A stretch of DNA of 37,882 nt from a virus (taxonomy: Duplodnaviria > Caudoviricetes), in the IMG/VR virus record IMGVR_UViG_3300043437_000215, positions 1 through 37,882 of that record; one strand, 5' to 3'. Every line of letters begins with the position of its first letter. The stretch's first letter is position 1. Positions 1 through 8,361 of this stretch are shown here, one piece after another. A program made the position numbers and the translations under genes. A model generated the notes under the pieces. That model ran no database searches, was not told the DNA's origin, and saw only the letters and a list, made by a program, of their open reading frames with translations.

Positions 1-1711
1 CTGATATGCCAATGTCAACTGCGATTAAATCACCCGCCTCGCAAATGAATACCTCGTTCGTTATTGTATACCAAGCTGGTTGACCGGGCACAGCTAAATC
101 ACTGCCAGTAATAAATCTTGTTTCTAATAAATTCAGACCGGCATCAAATCGCTTAATCATTAACTTAACTTGCCTGCCAGCTGCAAATGCAATCGGCAAA
201 AATGTAACAGGGTCTAAGTATTCATCTAATACAAGCCCGGCATTAACCGTGTATATGCCCGGATTTGCAACGCTGTAATACTCATACGTGCCCGGCACAG
301 GCTGCGTGAAATTATTTGGATTTATAACTGGGTCAAGCCAAATGAAGTAATGAGCCAACAGCCCTGAAAGAGTATTCTGAGTTGGAGCATTAACAACAGA
401 GAATTGATTTACAATTTGGTTTGCAAGTGTATTATCAAACCTTAATGTTCCAGTGGCCGTTGATGGATTGAATCCCTCAAAGAAAGATTGAAGCGAATTA
501 GGATATCCACTCAGCCAATTAGCAGATACAAGCTCGTTGCGATAAGTGCCATTGTAAATTGTATTGCCTACGCCGTAAGGGTCATATCCGTTAGCCGTTG
601 CGGTATTCGCTGCTTGGCTGCCAGTCCAATTGGATTGGATAATCACTCCATTAGTCTCATAGCCGGTATTGTTAAAAACAACAATGTCCTGAATGAGATT
701 GGTGTCGAATATTATCTCGCTTGTTTTAAGGTTCAATACATTCGATGTATTGCACTCACCTAAGAATCCAAATGTCTCAGTCCTGAAGCCTCTGAATGGT
801 GTCTGCGTAAATTCGCAAAGCGTGTCTCCATTATCACATTGACCTACTTCTAAGAATAATTCATTGCCGAAGTCAGCCGCTTGGTATAGCCTGCTTGTAT
901 CGAACTTCATCTCAATCTCCGGCTGATCGTAAAGGTTAGCCGATGCCCCTGATTGTTGGAAGTATGCAATAGGCTCGATGCGTAGTAATGGCCTTCCATT
1001 AGATTGCTTCTCGAATCCCATGCCGAGGTTTAGCTTTGACCGCATCGCTGCGTATAGGCTTTCAAAGTCTGCAAGTATCTCAACGTTTGACTTGATTCGA
1101 ATCGATTGCCCATTGGTGTAGAATGGCACATCGTTCTGCGGATATGTAGCGGCAAAGTAATTAGAATCAAAGTCGATTAAACCATCGCTCATGCAATTCA
1201 CAAGATGAGCAAACGTATCATAAACCGTATAAGCGTATGCTGGGTCTGGGTAGATTATCACACCCGGATTGAACACATAAAGCGGCACTGCTGTTGGCGG
1301 CGTTATGGGTACGCCGTTCTTTGATGTGGTAAGGCGCAGCGAGAATGGTATAGCCTTATTGTTGTTTATCTTGGTGCTGAATGTTTCATCATAGAGCTTC
1401 GTTTTAACTTGACACCTATCGAGCAAAAAGTTCGATTCGGTTACAATGATATAGCCATCGACCAACTTCTCCCAAGTACCCGAGTTGCAAAGGTATTGCA
1501 CAGTCACGCGCACAAGCTCGCAGTAACCCGATGTTGCAAGTTTATTGTAAAGATAGCCGAACACATCGCCGCCAAAGATTAACTCATTGTCGAACGATAC
1601 TATGCGGGCTCCGATGTTACTGTCCTCGGTTATGTTTATGCCGAAGTCCTCAGGGTTAAGCGGCTGGCCTCGATCGAGATTGTCGATTAAAAACTTAATT
1701 TCTACTGCCAT
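1..1711 (-). CDS. Tail tip/baseplate-region structural protein, allele A (runs off the left edge of the window)
   Basis: Homologue of 34888-36960 at offset 35,249. ATG at 1711 overlaps the tape measure stop. Absent from the ORF track because there is no stop in the window. Confidence 0.8.
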   Translation of the reverse strand, partial: MAVEIKFLIDNLDRGQPLNPEDFGINITEDSNIGARIVSFDNELIFGGDVFGYLYNKLATSGYCELVRVTVQYLCNSGTWEKLVDGYIIVTESNFLLDRCQVKTKLYDETFSTKINNNKAIPFSLRLTTSKNGVPITPPTAVPLYVFNPGVIIYPDPAYAYTVYDTFAHLVNCMSDGLIDFDSNYFAATYPQNDVPFYTNGQSIRIKSNVEILADFESLYAAMRSKLNLGMGFEKQSNGRPLLRIEPIAYFQQSGASANLYDQPEIEMKFDTSRLYQAADFGNELFLEVGQCDNGDTLCEFTQTPFRGFRTETFGFLGECNTSNVLNLKTSEIIFDTNLIQDIVVFNNTGYETNGVIIQSNWTGSQAANTATANGYDPYGVGNTIYNGTYRNELVSANWLSGYPNSLQSFFEGFNPSTATGTLRFDNTLANQIVNQFSVVNAPTQNTLSGLLAHYFIWLDPVINPNNFTQPVPGTYEYYSVANPGIYTVNAGLVLDEYLDPVTFLPIAFAAGRQVKLMIKRFDAGLNLLETRFITGSDLAVPGQPAWYTITNEVFICEAGDLIAVDIGIS

Positions 1712-2633
1712 GTGTATCGCGAATCCCCGCCGTTAATGTTTACAATCATTTGCTTGCCTGCCATTGTCTTGTTCAGCCTGTCGAGCTTGCGCTCCATAGC
1801 CTTGCTATTCAGCGAAGCGTTAACCGTTATGCCATCGCGCTTGTTGCTCATCGCATAGCTGAGTATGGCAGGGCGCACGTAACGCTCATCTATCAATCTC
1901 TTGAATGCCGCGCTCGATGTGTTAATCGCATCCAGTTCGCGCCGGTTGCGCATTACTGAGTTCTTATTAACCACGAACTCACCACGCTCAGCTTCAATCA
2001 ACGTTCCGCCTGCCTCATGGCTGCGCCCGCCTACCATACCACCCTTCTTGAACTTAGGGATAGGCGTTGCTGCAATGATGGCAATCTGAGCCAAGCCTGA
2101 AGCAAGGGCGATGGCTTTCTCAACTACCGTGACAGCCTTGGCAACAGCGGCAGCCGTGCCAATCGTTGCATTAAATATAGCCGCCGCCTTTTCGGCTTTC
2201 GCTTGCCGTGTCTTTTCGGCTGCAACCTTTTGCTCTGTTCTTATGCGTAAGGCCTCGAGCTTGCGTTGCTTTTGAGCTTCGCTTATTGTGCTGCCCTCGA
2301 TAGCCGCCTTCTCGGCTTCATTTGCCGCATTGATTTCCTCGATTCGCTTTTGCGATTGAATGCCTTGCAGCTCAATGATGCTTCCAAGTGTATCAGCAAC
2401 CGCCTGCGCAATCTCAAGCGCTTGGTCGATTGCTTCATCGCGTGACTTCTTACGCTCATCGCGGATGGCTTGCTCGGTCTCGGCGTTGATGAGTTTTATC
2501 TCGCTAGCATTTTCTTTAGCATCTTCAATTCGCTTTTTAGATTCGAGTTGTATAATCTCAATCCTTCTTTCGAGCGATGTGCCCTCTGCAATCTCTAATG
2601 TCTTAAGCGCATTTATCTGAGCATCGATGCCAG
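1..2633. repeat. Terminal redundancy, copy A (diverged duplicate of 35250-37882)
   Basis: Position 1 'ctgatatgccaatgtcaactgcg' matches 35250, and the window end '...gcatcgatgccag' matches 2621-2633. The offset is 35,249 throughout (ORFs 488/35737, 1702/36951, 2360/37609). Confidence 0.97.
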
Positions 2634-4206
2634 CGATTGTTAGCTTGCTTCTTTCCTCGGCTGCCTTCTCTGCTTCTTGCTGTGCCTTCTCCGCTGCTTC
2701 CTTTTCCTTTGCTGCTTTGTCATCAATTGCCTTTTGGTCAATCTCAGCAATACTCTTTGTCGCTTGCTCTTTGATTGCTAATATAGCATCTTGAAGTTTC
2801 TTTTCTTCAGCACTTCCGGCTGCAAACCTTGATTCTAAAAACGCCTTTTCAAGTTCTTGAATCTTAGCGTTGCTCTCGCTTAGTATCTTTTCGCGTTCAT
2901 CCAATTGCGCCTGCAAAGCATCGGTCTCTAACTTAGCTAAGTTTTCGCGTGCCTTGGCTACATCTTCAGCGGCTTTCTTTGCAGCCTCAGCTCGTTTCTT
3001 TGCTTCCTCTTGTGCTTTCTCGCTTGCTTCACGTTCTGCCTCATTGCGAATTACGGTAATCTTCGCGCTTGCATCCAACACGGCGTTAACCGCTGATTGC
3101 TGCACTTCCTTAGCCTTTGCCTTTTCTTCTTCGCTTAACTGGCTTAATGTTCCGGCTTTCTTCGTATAGTCAGCTATGATGGCACGGTTAGCATTTATGA
3201 CCGCTTGCTCGCGTTGTATCTCGAGCGCAACCGTTGAACGCCCCGCCGACTTCTCAATATCGATTTGCCGCTCAATCCTTTCAATCGCTGCATCGGAAGC
3301 GGCCAGCTGCTTCTTACTGGCAGACTCAAAAGCAGTCGCAGCGCGATCGGCTTCATCAGATGCGCCTACCCATTCTTTGATTGTATCAACCACACCGCCG
3401 ATCGCGTTGCTTACCTCTTTGAATCCCGGTATCGAGTTCTCCAGAGCGCGCTTCACTTTATCGAAGTTCTCGACTAAGGCAATCAAGCCAATCACAAGCA
3501 ATCCAATCCCAGTAGCGGCAAGTGCAATTCTAAACGCTTTCAATGCGCCTGTGGATGTACCCACAACCGTTGCATAAGCAGCTTGTGCATTTGTCAGCAC
3601 TAAGGTCTTAATCTTGCTCTCCTCAAGCAATAGGTTAGCCACTTGCTGCACGCCGTTAGCGATGGCAGTCGCAGCCTGCACCTTCAGCAATGCCTTCTGC
3701 AAATCTTCGCTCTCTGAGCCGAACAACGCCGCCGCGCCCTGAGCAATCTCGAAGCCAGCCGCGAGCCCTTGCGTGGCTTGCACTGCCGCATCGAACTTGA
3801 ACGTATCGCTTGCAAGGTTAGAAACGCGAGCGCGAGTATCGCCAATTTGGTCTTCGAGCCGTGCGGCTTCGCGCTCTAATTGCCTGAACTGCTCTGTTCC
3901 ACCTTTGCCCGCTTCCTCGAGTGCGTTGAGTTCATTCTTTAAGCCACGCAACACCCTTGTTAGCGGCACGGTCTTCTTATTCAAATCTTCAAAGGACTTG
4001 TTCTGATCGGCCAGGGCTTTCTTAACTTCATTGCCTGAGAACGCAGCTGCGATGCTTTTGCCAGCTGTCTTATAGGTATCGGCTACCTTCTTCGAGCTTT
4101 CCTGTGCCGATGCCACCACGGCATCATTGGCCTTGTTAACTTCGTTGACCGTTGCCTTCAGGCTCGTTGCCTCGGCTTCGTAGATAATCTCAACCTTTAC
4201 CGCCAT
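1702..4206 (-). CDS. Tail tape measure protein
   Basis: 834 aa, Ala/Glu/Lys-rich helical sequence, hydrophobic segment ALAATGIGLLVIGLIALV, C-terminal 'PKFKKGG..GG.SH..GG..IEAE.GE.VVN' motif. Lies directly downstream of a frameshifting chaperone gene. Confidence 0.9.
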   Translation of the reverse strand: MAVKVEIIYEAEATSLKATVNEVNKANDAVVASAQESSKKVADTYKTAGKSIAAAFSGNEVKKALADQNKSFEDLNKKTVPLTRVLRGLKNELNALEEAGKGGTEQFRQLEREAARLEDQIGDTRARVSNLASDTFKFDAAVQATQGLAAGFEIAQGAAALFGSESEDLQKALLKVQAATAIANGVQQVANLLLEESKIKTLVLTNAQAAYATVVGTSTGALKAFRIALAATGIGLLVIGLIALVENFDKVKRALENSIPGFKEVSNAIGGVVDTIKEWVGASDEADRAATAFESASKKQLAASDAAIERIERQIDIEKSAGRSTVALEIQREQAVINANRAIIADYTKKAGTLSQLSEEEKAKAKEVQQSAVNAVLDASAKITVIRNEAEREASEKAQEEAKKRAEAAKKAAEDVAKARENLAKLETDALQAQLDEREKILSESNAKIQELEKAFLESRFAAGSAEEKKLQDAILAIKEQATKSIAEIDQKAIDDKAAKEKEAAEKAQQEAEKAAEERSKLTIAGIDAQINALKTLEIAEGTSLERRIEIIQLESKKRIEDAKENASEIKLINAETEQAIRDERKKSRDEAIDQALEIAQAVADTLGSIIELQGIQSQKRIEEINAANEAEKAAIEGSTISEAQKQRKLEALRIRTEQKVAAEKTRQAKAEKAAAIFNATIGTAAAVAKAVTVVEKAIALASGLAQIAIIAATPIPKFKKGGMVGGRSHEAGGTLIEAERGEFVVNKNSVMRNRRELDAINTSSAAFKRLIDERYVRPAILSYAMSNKRDGITVNASLNSKAMERKLDRLNKTMAGKQMIVNINGGDSRYTWQ

Positions 4207-4950
4207 TATTTTGAGCCTTTATTGCTGCCTCAAATTTAAGCAAATAAACCGAAACATCGGAAGCCATTAACTCATTGAACTCGGATATGCTACCTCCGGC
4301 AAGGTTCATCACTTGCTCGCGGAAGGTGTCGGCTGTTCTCTTAGCCCTGCTTTGCGGTGAGAGCTCAGCTGGCGTAACGCCTCGTGCAGCTTGCGAAGTT
4401 CTACCGTGTTGTACTCCCAGAGCGTTTGAAACTCTTCCGCTGAAATATTGAATAAGGGCATCAGCGGCTCGATACCCAAGCTGTAAAAAAAATCATGAGC
4501 ACCCCCCTTGCTCAACGCCTCAAATGTTTGCAACTTTTGCTGATGTATATCAGGGTTAATCTCAGCCGGATTCTCGTCCTCGCGAATTATCCAAGTCGCT
4601 GCGATGTTAAGCAGTATGTCGCGATGGATAACCGTATTCTGCCTCTCGCGGATTACGTGAATGTATGCGCCCATCAATGCCGCTGTCTTAGGATTGCTCA
4701 ATCCAGCGCTAAGTGCCTTCTCCATCTCAGTGAGTATCTTCTCCATCTCGCTGCCGGATAGCCCGCTGCTTAATCGCTCAAGCAGGCTCATGCTCATGCT
4801 GAACCTCTCGAGCGGCATGTTCACTTCTTTCGGGAATCGGTAGTACCTATGCCCGCCATGCTTGAATACTTCAACGAGGTTGTACGTGGTGGGCTTACTG
4901 CGAGTAAATGTTGATCGAAGTCGCTCGCCTAATCTTTTGAATAATTTCAT
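4190..4950 (-). CDS. Tail assembly chaperone gpGT-like -1 frameshift product (~253 aa)
   Basis: After T TTT TTT the -1 frame is open for 98 codons (LQLGYRAADALIQYF...FREQVMNLAGGSISEFNELMASDVSVYLLKFEAAIKAQNNGGKG*) to TGA at 4190-4192, filling the gap before the tape measure gene. Confidence 0.75.
4309..4950 (-). CDS. Tail assembly chaperone (gpG-like, zero-frame product, 213 aa)
   Basis: Immediately upstream of the tape measure gene; contains GAT TTT TTT TAC slippery run (A8 on + strand at 4485-4492). Confidence 0.75.
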   Translation of the reverse strand: MKLFKRLGERLRSTFTRSKPTTYNLVEVFKHGGHRYYRFPKEVNMPLERFSMSMSLLERLSSGLSGSEMEKILTEMEKALSAGLSNPKTAALMGAYIHVIRERQNTVIHRDILLNIAATWIIREDENPAEINPDIHQQKLQTFEALSKGGAHDFFYSLGIEPLMPLFNISAEEFQTLWEYNTVELRKLHEALRQLSSHRKAGLREQPTPSASK

Positions 4951-5149
4951 CCAGTGTGTTCTTTGTTGTAATCTCTTTATCGTTGCTGATTAAACTGATG
5001 TATGTCCGCTCTGCGCTTTCATCCTCATACACCACGCTGATGTCGCTGGTGTTAATAATCAGGTCAAGCCATCGCTCATCCTTGTCGAGCAGCTCGTCCA
5101 CTTCATCCTTGTGCTGCAAGGCACTTACTAAGATGAAGCCGGTCATCAT
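4895..5149 (-). CDS. Hypothetical protein (~84 aa)
   Basis: ATG at 5149 sits just after the upstream stop at 5151-5153; the ORF-track start at 5179 is probably too long. Confidence 0.6.
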   Translation of the reverse strand: MMTGFILVSALQHKDEVDELLDKDERWLDLIINTSDISVVYEDESAERTYISLISNDKEITTKNTLDEIIQKIRRATSINIYSQ

Positions 5150-5150
5150 G

Positions 5151-5369
5151 TCACCAACGGAGCAGCGGGCAGGTTTCATCAGGCACTCTGGTCTTAGCGG
5201 GTAGGAAGCATCCGCATTCGCGGCAAGTGTCAGTTAGCTTGATACGGTATGGGCATGTCTTACAAATCTCCATGCGTGGCTTCGATACCTCGCGGCTCTC
5301 CTTTGTATCAAACGCCCACAGCGCCCAGCCGTGCGCGATGCTCTTAAGTTTCTTTAGCAGCTTACGCAT
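5151..5369 (-). CDS. Small Cys-rich putative zinc-binding protein (DUF6171-like)
   Basis: R..ICxxCP...CxxCGCFL.AK......CPL..W pattern. Confidence 0.7.
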   Translation of the reverse strand: MRKLLKKLKSIAHGWALWAFDTKESREVSKPRMEICKTCPYRIKLTDTCRECGCFLPAKTRVPDETCPLLRW

Positions 5370-5695
5370 TCGAGTAGGTTTATCGTTTCGGCAACATCCG
5401 TGTCCATGTTCACCACGCTGAATGCGATGCAGTCATACTCAACTTCGCAGATGGTGAACTTATCGCAGTTCTTCAGGCTTATCGTGTAGCCTTGCAGCGC
5501 ATCGACCTTCGCGCCAATGATTGTGATTATACCCTGTTCATCCGATGTCGCGGTAAAGCTCTGCACACGCTTAGTCGCGTTATGCGTTATCAGTACCGCG
5601 TACTCAGTCTCAGGTGTGACAACACCAAAGGCAATGCCAGCATTGCAAGCCGCTACGCTGATGCCTGAATCGAAACAAGGTGAACATACGCTCAT
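5354..5695 (-). CDS. Cys-rich hypothetical, possibly structural protein (113 aa)
   Basis: ATG at 5695 forms an ATGA overlap with the terminase stop; begins MSVCSPCFDSG. Confidence 0.65.
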   Translation of the reverse strand: MSVCSPCFDSGISVAACNAGIAFGVVTPETEYAVLITHNATKRVQSFTATSDEQGIITIIGAKVDALQGYTISLKNCDKFTICEVEYDCIAFSVVNMDTDVAETINLLECVSC

Positions 5696-6969
5696 AAGTA
5701 TCGCTTTAGAATTGCGTTCACAAAGTAACGAAAACAATCCAAGAAGTCAGCACGCTCGGCAATGTTTTTTCGATTGGTCTTTATGATGCTGCCATTCGCA
5801 TCGCATTGCACTTGCTTCGCATCGAATACGAATCCCTTGCACCGCTTTGAGTTCACGCGGATGTCGAGCTTGCGTAGTGCAGCGTTGCAATCGATGCGGC
5901 TGTTGTAGTGCGTTGGGTTAGCCGGTATCAGGAACTGACTATCGCTCATGCCGAGCCGCCGCTTTATCATCGTGTACGCGCTGGAGTTGTCGCGCTGTTG
6001 AACCGTGCCACCCTTACCCATCGCATCGCCTGTGATGCGTATCAGCCCCATCGGGATGCCGAGCGCAAGCACAGCATCGCAGAACGCATCCACGCTGCCC
6101 TTCTCAATCTTTATCTCATCCACCACCACCGCGCCTCTGCCAACGTGCTGAAGCACCAAGGCGCACAGCGGGTTAATGTTGAAGTCAACGCTGATGTGTA
6201 CTGGCATGTTTCGGTTCAGCTGCACGCTGTCATCGATGTGCTTATCATCGCTCCACTCGTAAAGGAATGGATTCGCCACATCGTCCATGACATCCCAATC
6301 CCCCTCCACGAAGCGGGCGTACTGCACAGGCGGGAGCTCCTTCAGGCTCTCGAGGTACTCAGCCGGGATGTGCGGGTTATCGGTAATCTTGCTCGGGATG
6401 AATGTCCACCGCTCGGGCAACGTGCCCTCCTTGTAGCGTTCATAGATGATTGACTTCACCCAGTTGTTGGCCGGGTTGCAAGTTGCCAGGCACACAATCG
6501 GGGGCTGGCCTATGGCCTTGTTCCAACTGCCGATACGTTCCTGCACCTTGTAGAATGTTTGCTCTTGCAGCTCGTTCACCTCATCCAAGCCCGCGCCATT
6601 CACCTCGAGGCCCTTGAAGCGGTTGAGGTCTTTGTCATCGTCAAAGCTCTCGGCCATGAACAGCAACTCGCTGCCATTGATGAATGTCACTACTTGCGTG
6701 TCGCGGTTCCAGCTTTCAACGTACTGGTCGATGCCGTCAGCGAGTATCGAGTTGAACGATGGAAAGGTTGTGCGCTTCAGGTCGGGCAGGCTGCGCCGAA
6801 TAATCACCCAACGGCTTCTCGGATATTGCAGTGCAAGGTAGCTGAGGGTTAGCAACAGCCAATACGTTTTGCCACCTCGTATGGCCCCACCGAATACAAT
6901 GACACGGTATGCGCCTGACTCAATTGCCTCGAATGCTGTGGTCTGCCTGCCGGTGAGTTCGAAGTTCAT
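5692..6969 (-). CDS. terL: Terminase large subunit
   Basis: Walker A GGAIRGGKT, Walker B LDEVNE, motif III ATCNP, nuclease domain VDFNINP and C-terminal D..DC.RY. Confidence 0.95.
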   Translation of the reverse strand: MNFELTGRQTTAFEAIESGAYRVIVFGGAIRGGKTYWLLLTLSYLALQYPRSRWVIIRRSLPDLKRTTFPSFNSILADGIDQYVESWNRDTQVVTFINGSELLFMAESFDDDKDLNRFKGLEVNGAGLDEVNELQEQTFYKVQERIGSWNKAIGQPPIVCLATCNPANNWVKSIIYERYKEGTLPERWTFIPSKITDNPHIPAEYLESLKELPPVQYARFVEGDWDVMDDVANPFLYEWSDDKHIDDSVQLNRNMPVHISVDFNINPLCALVLQHVGRGAVVVDEIKIEKGSVDAFCDAVLALGIPMGLIRITGDAMGKGGTVQQRDNSSAYTMIKRRLGMSDSQFLIPANPTHYNSRIDCNAALRKLDIRVNSKRCKGFVFDAKQVQCDANGSIIKTNRKNIAERADFLDCFRYFVNAILKRYL

Positions 6970-7094
6970 TAATCCTCCTCATCATTCGGGTCGGGCATGC
7001 AGTCGATAATGTGGCGAAGCACAAGCACCAGGCAGTACGCAAGCCCAACCATGAACAGGGTGAACAGCACTCCGATGCCAATCGATTTAAGCAT
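6969..7094 (-). CDS. 41-aa single-transmembrane microprotein
   Basis: MLKSIGIGVLFTLFMVGLAYCLVLVLRHIIDCMPDPNDEED*. The start overlaps the terS end and the stop forms TAATG with the terL start. Confidence 0.7.
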   Translation of the reverse strand: MLKSIGIGVLFTLFMVGLAYCLVLVLRHIIDCMPDPNDEED

Positions 7095-7398
7095 TGCCAT
7101 CCTCTTTCGTCTTGATAATCACCAGCGGCTCTGTGGTCTTCAGCGTGGTCTCGTTGGTCTGCTTAGGCTTGCCATAGCCTCGGTCGAGAAGCATCTCAGC
7201 TGCCTTTATATCGCCACGTAATGCCTTGGCCTCAATCGCCTTAAGGATGCGCTCCGCTGTGCTCAGTCCGTTCTTCTCATCCCCCAAGATGTCAGCCATT
7301 AGCTTGCTGAGTTCTGGCAGCTTACGCGGTCTCCCATTAGGGTTGCCTGTCTGCCCTTTCTTGAACTTATGCGGCTCTATGTTTTCCGGCTTTGGCAT
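7087..7398 (-). CDS. terS: Putative terminase small subunit (DUF5681-like N-terminus)
   Basis: FKKGQTGNPNGRP N-terminus, 'KALRGD..AAEMLLDRGYGKPKQ' C-terminal motif, upstream of terL. Confidence 0.75.
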   Translation of the reverse strand: MPKPENIEPHKFKKGQTGNPNGRPRKLPELSKLMADILGDEKNGLSTAERILKAIEAKALRGDIKAAEMLLDRGYGKPKQTNETTLKTTEPLVIIKTKEDGNA

Positions 7399-7415
7399 CG
7401 CTGTTTTGTCGTTGT

Positions 7416-7556
7416 TTACCTTCTACGTGTTTTGCGGTACTTCTCAGCCTCTGCCAGTGCGATTGCCTGCGCTTGCTGAGGTGGATATCCCTCGCCAATT
7501 AGCTTGCGGATGTTCATGCTGATTACCTCTTGACTGTCTCCTTGAAATAGTGGCAT
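7416..7556 (-). CDS. 46-aa small basic phage protein
   Basis: MPLFQGDSQEVISMNIRKLIGEGYPPQQAQAIALAEAEKYRKTRRR*, resembling a common 'MPL..G.S...IS.NI......G....QA.AIAL' phage family. Fills the gap upstream of terS; below the ORF-track cutoff. Confidence 0.75.
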   Translation of the reverse strand: MPLFQGDSQEVISMNIRKLIGEGYPPQQAQAIALAEAEKYRKTRRR

Positions 7557-7559
7557 AAT

Positions 7560-7943
7560 TTACAAATTTACTAAATTTTCGTACATCTTACCTTCCTGAG
7601 TGATGTTGATGCTGAAGCCTCGCTCAACTATCTCTTGGTATTGCGATTGGTAGATGAATAAGTCATGCAGGCCACCATCGATGAAAGCCTTTGCCGTGAA
7701 GCCTTCAATGCCGCTTTTGTCAGAGGTTGGTAATAGGATGCCGAGCTTGTACTCGACATCGCGCTCCTTGCTCAAAACAAGTTTGTTAATCTTGCTGAAC
7801 TTGCGTACATCGTCAATGGTAATGCCAACTGCGATGTCATACTCGAGTGCCGGATGCGTTAAGTAACCAAAGTAACAATGGTCGCGCATGTACTCAGAGT
7901 CGACAAACATGCCGGCTCTGAGTCTCGTGGTTTGGTTAGTCAT
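7560..7943 (-). CDS. Hypothetical protein (127 aa)
   Basis: ORF in the co-oriented chain; no motif recognised. Confidence 0.65.
   Translation of the reverse strand: MTNQTTRLRAGMFVDSEYMRDHCYFGYLTHPALEYDIAVGITIDDVRKFSKINKLVLSKERDVEYKLGILLPTSDKSGIEGFTAKAFIDGGLHDLFIYQSQYQEIVERGFSINITQEGKMYENLVNL
7563..7570 (-). promoter_or_regulatory. Bacteroidota sigmaA-type -7 box (TAAATTTG)
   Basis: Matches TAnnTTTG, 6 nt upstream of the ATG at 7556; heads the packaging/tail genes. Confidence 0.55.
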
Positions 7944-8148
7944 CTTTGCGTGAGTGATATCGCATGCAATCTAAGTCAATCCAATCAAGTTCGGGCTCTT
8001 CATCATCGTCATGGATTGGCTCATTGTTGGCTGGAGCATATTGCATGTCTCTGAGGTATCTGAAGTAATTCGGATGCCCGAGGTTTTCTGTTTCAATCCC
8101 GAAGTGCTTCATGCACATCTGTTCTTTGTACTCTAAGTAGTCTGGCAT
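7936..8148 (-). CDS. Hypothetical acidic protein (~70 aa)
   Basis: Likely ATG at 8148 (MPDYLEY...); overlaps the start of the next gene. Confidence 0.55.
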   Translation of the reverse strand: MPDYLEYKEQMCMKHFGIETENLGHPNYFRYLRDMQYAPANNEPIHDDDEEPELDWIDLDCMRYHSRKDD

Positions 8149-8159
8149 AGTGTGTGTAT

Positions 8160-8348
8160 TTAGCAACCGTGTTCCGGTTCGTGTTTCTTTGGTTTAATCG
8201 TCAAGCTCGAAAGATAATTGCGGACCATCATGCGCACGGTCTCTTTAGCTGATAATGGAACGCGGAAGGATATCGTTGACATGGCTTCGCCGTACATCGA
8301 CTTTCGCCCGGCACCTGATCGCCTACCGCCTCGTTTTTCTGTGTTCAT
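8160..8348 (-). CDS. Small putative DNA-binding regulator (RGGxRxGAGR, ribbon-helix-helix-like)
   Basis: RGGRRSGAGRK followed by the strand TISFRVP and a predicted helix; has its own promoter. Confidence 0.65.
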   Translation of the reverse strand: MNTEKRGGRRSGAGRKSMYGEAMSTISFRVPLSAKETVRMMVRNYLSSLTIKPKKHEPEHGC

Positions 8349-8352
8349 TGTG

Positions 8353-8360
8353 CAAAGGTA
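8353..8360 (-). promoter_or_regulatory. Bacteroidota promoter -7 box (TACCTTTG) with TTTG -33 element 19 nt upstream
   Basis: mRNA-sense tttg-caaaacagaaacaaataaa-tacctttg-caca-ATG. Confidence 0.7.
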
Positions 8361-8361
8361 T

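Noticed and set aside
1-1711. Diversity-generating retroelement explanation for the two divergent copies
   Set aside because: No reverse transcriptase is present, the repeat spans 2.6 kb and two genes, and the differences involve all bases and are largely synonymous rather than adenine-specific.
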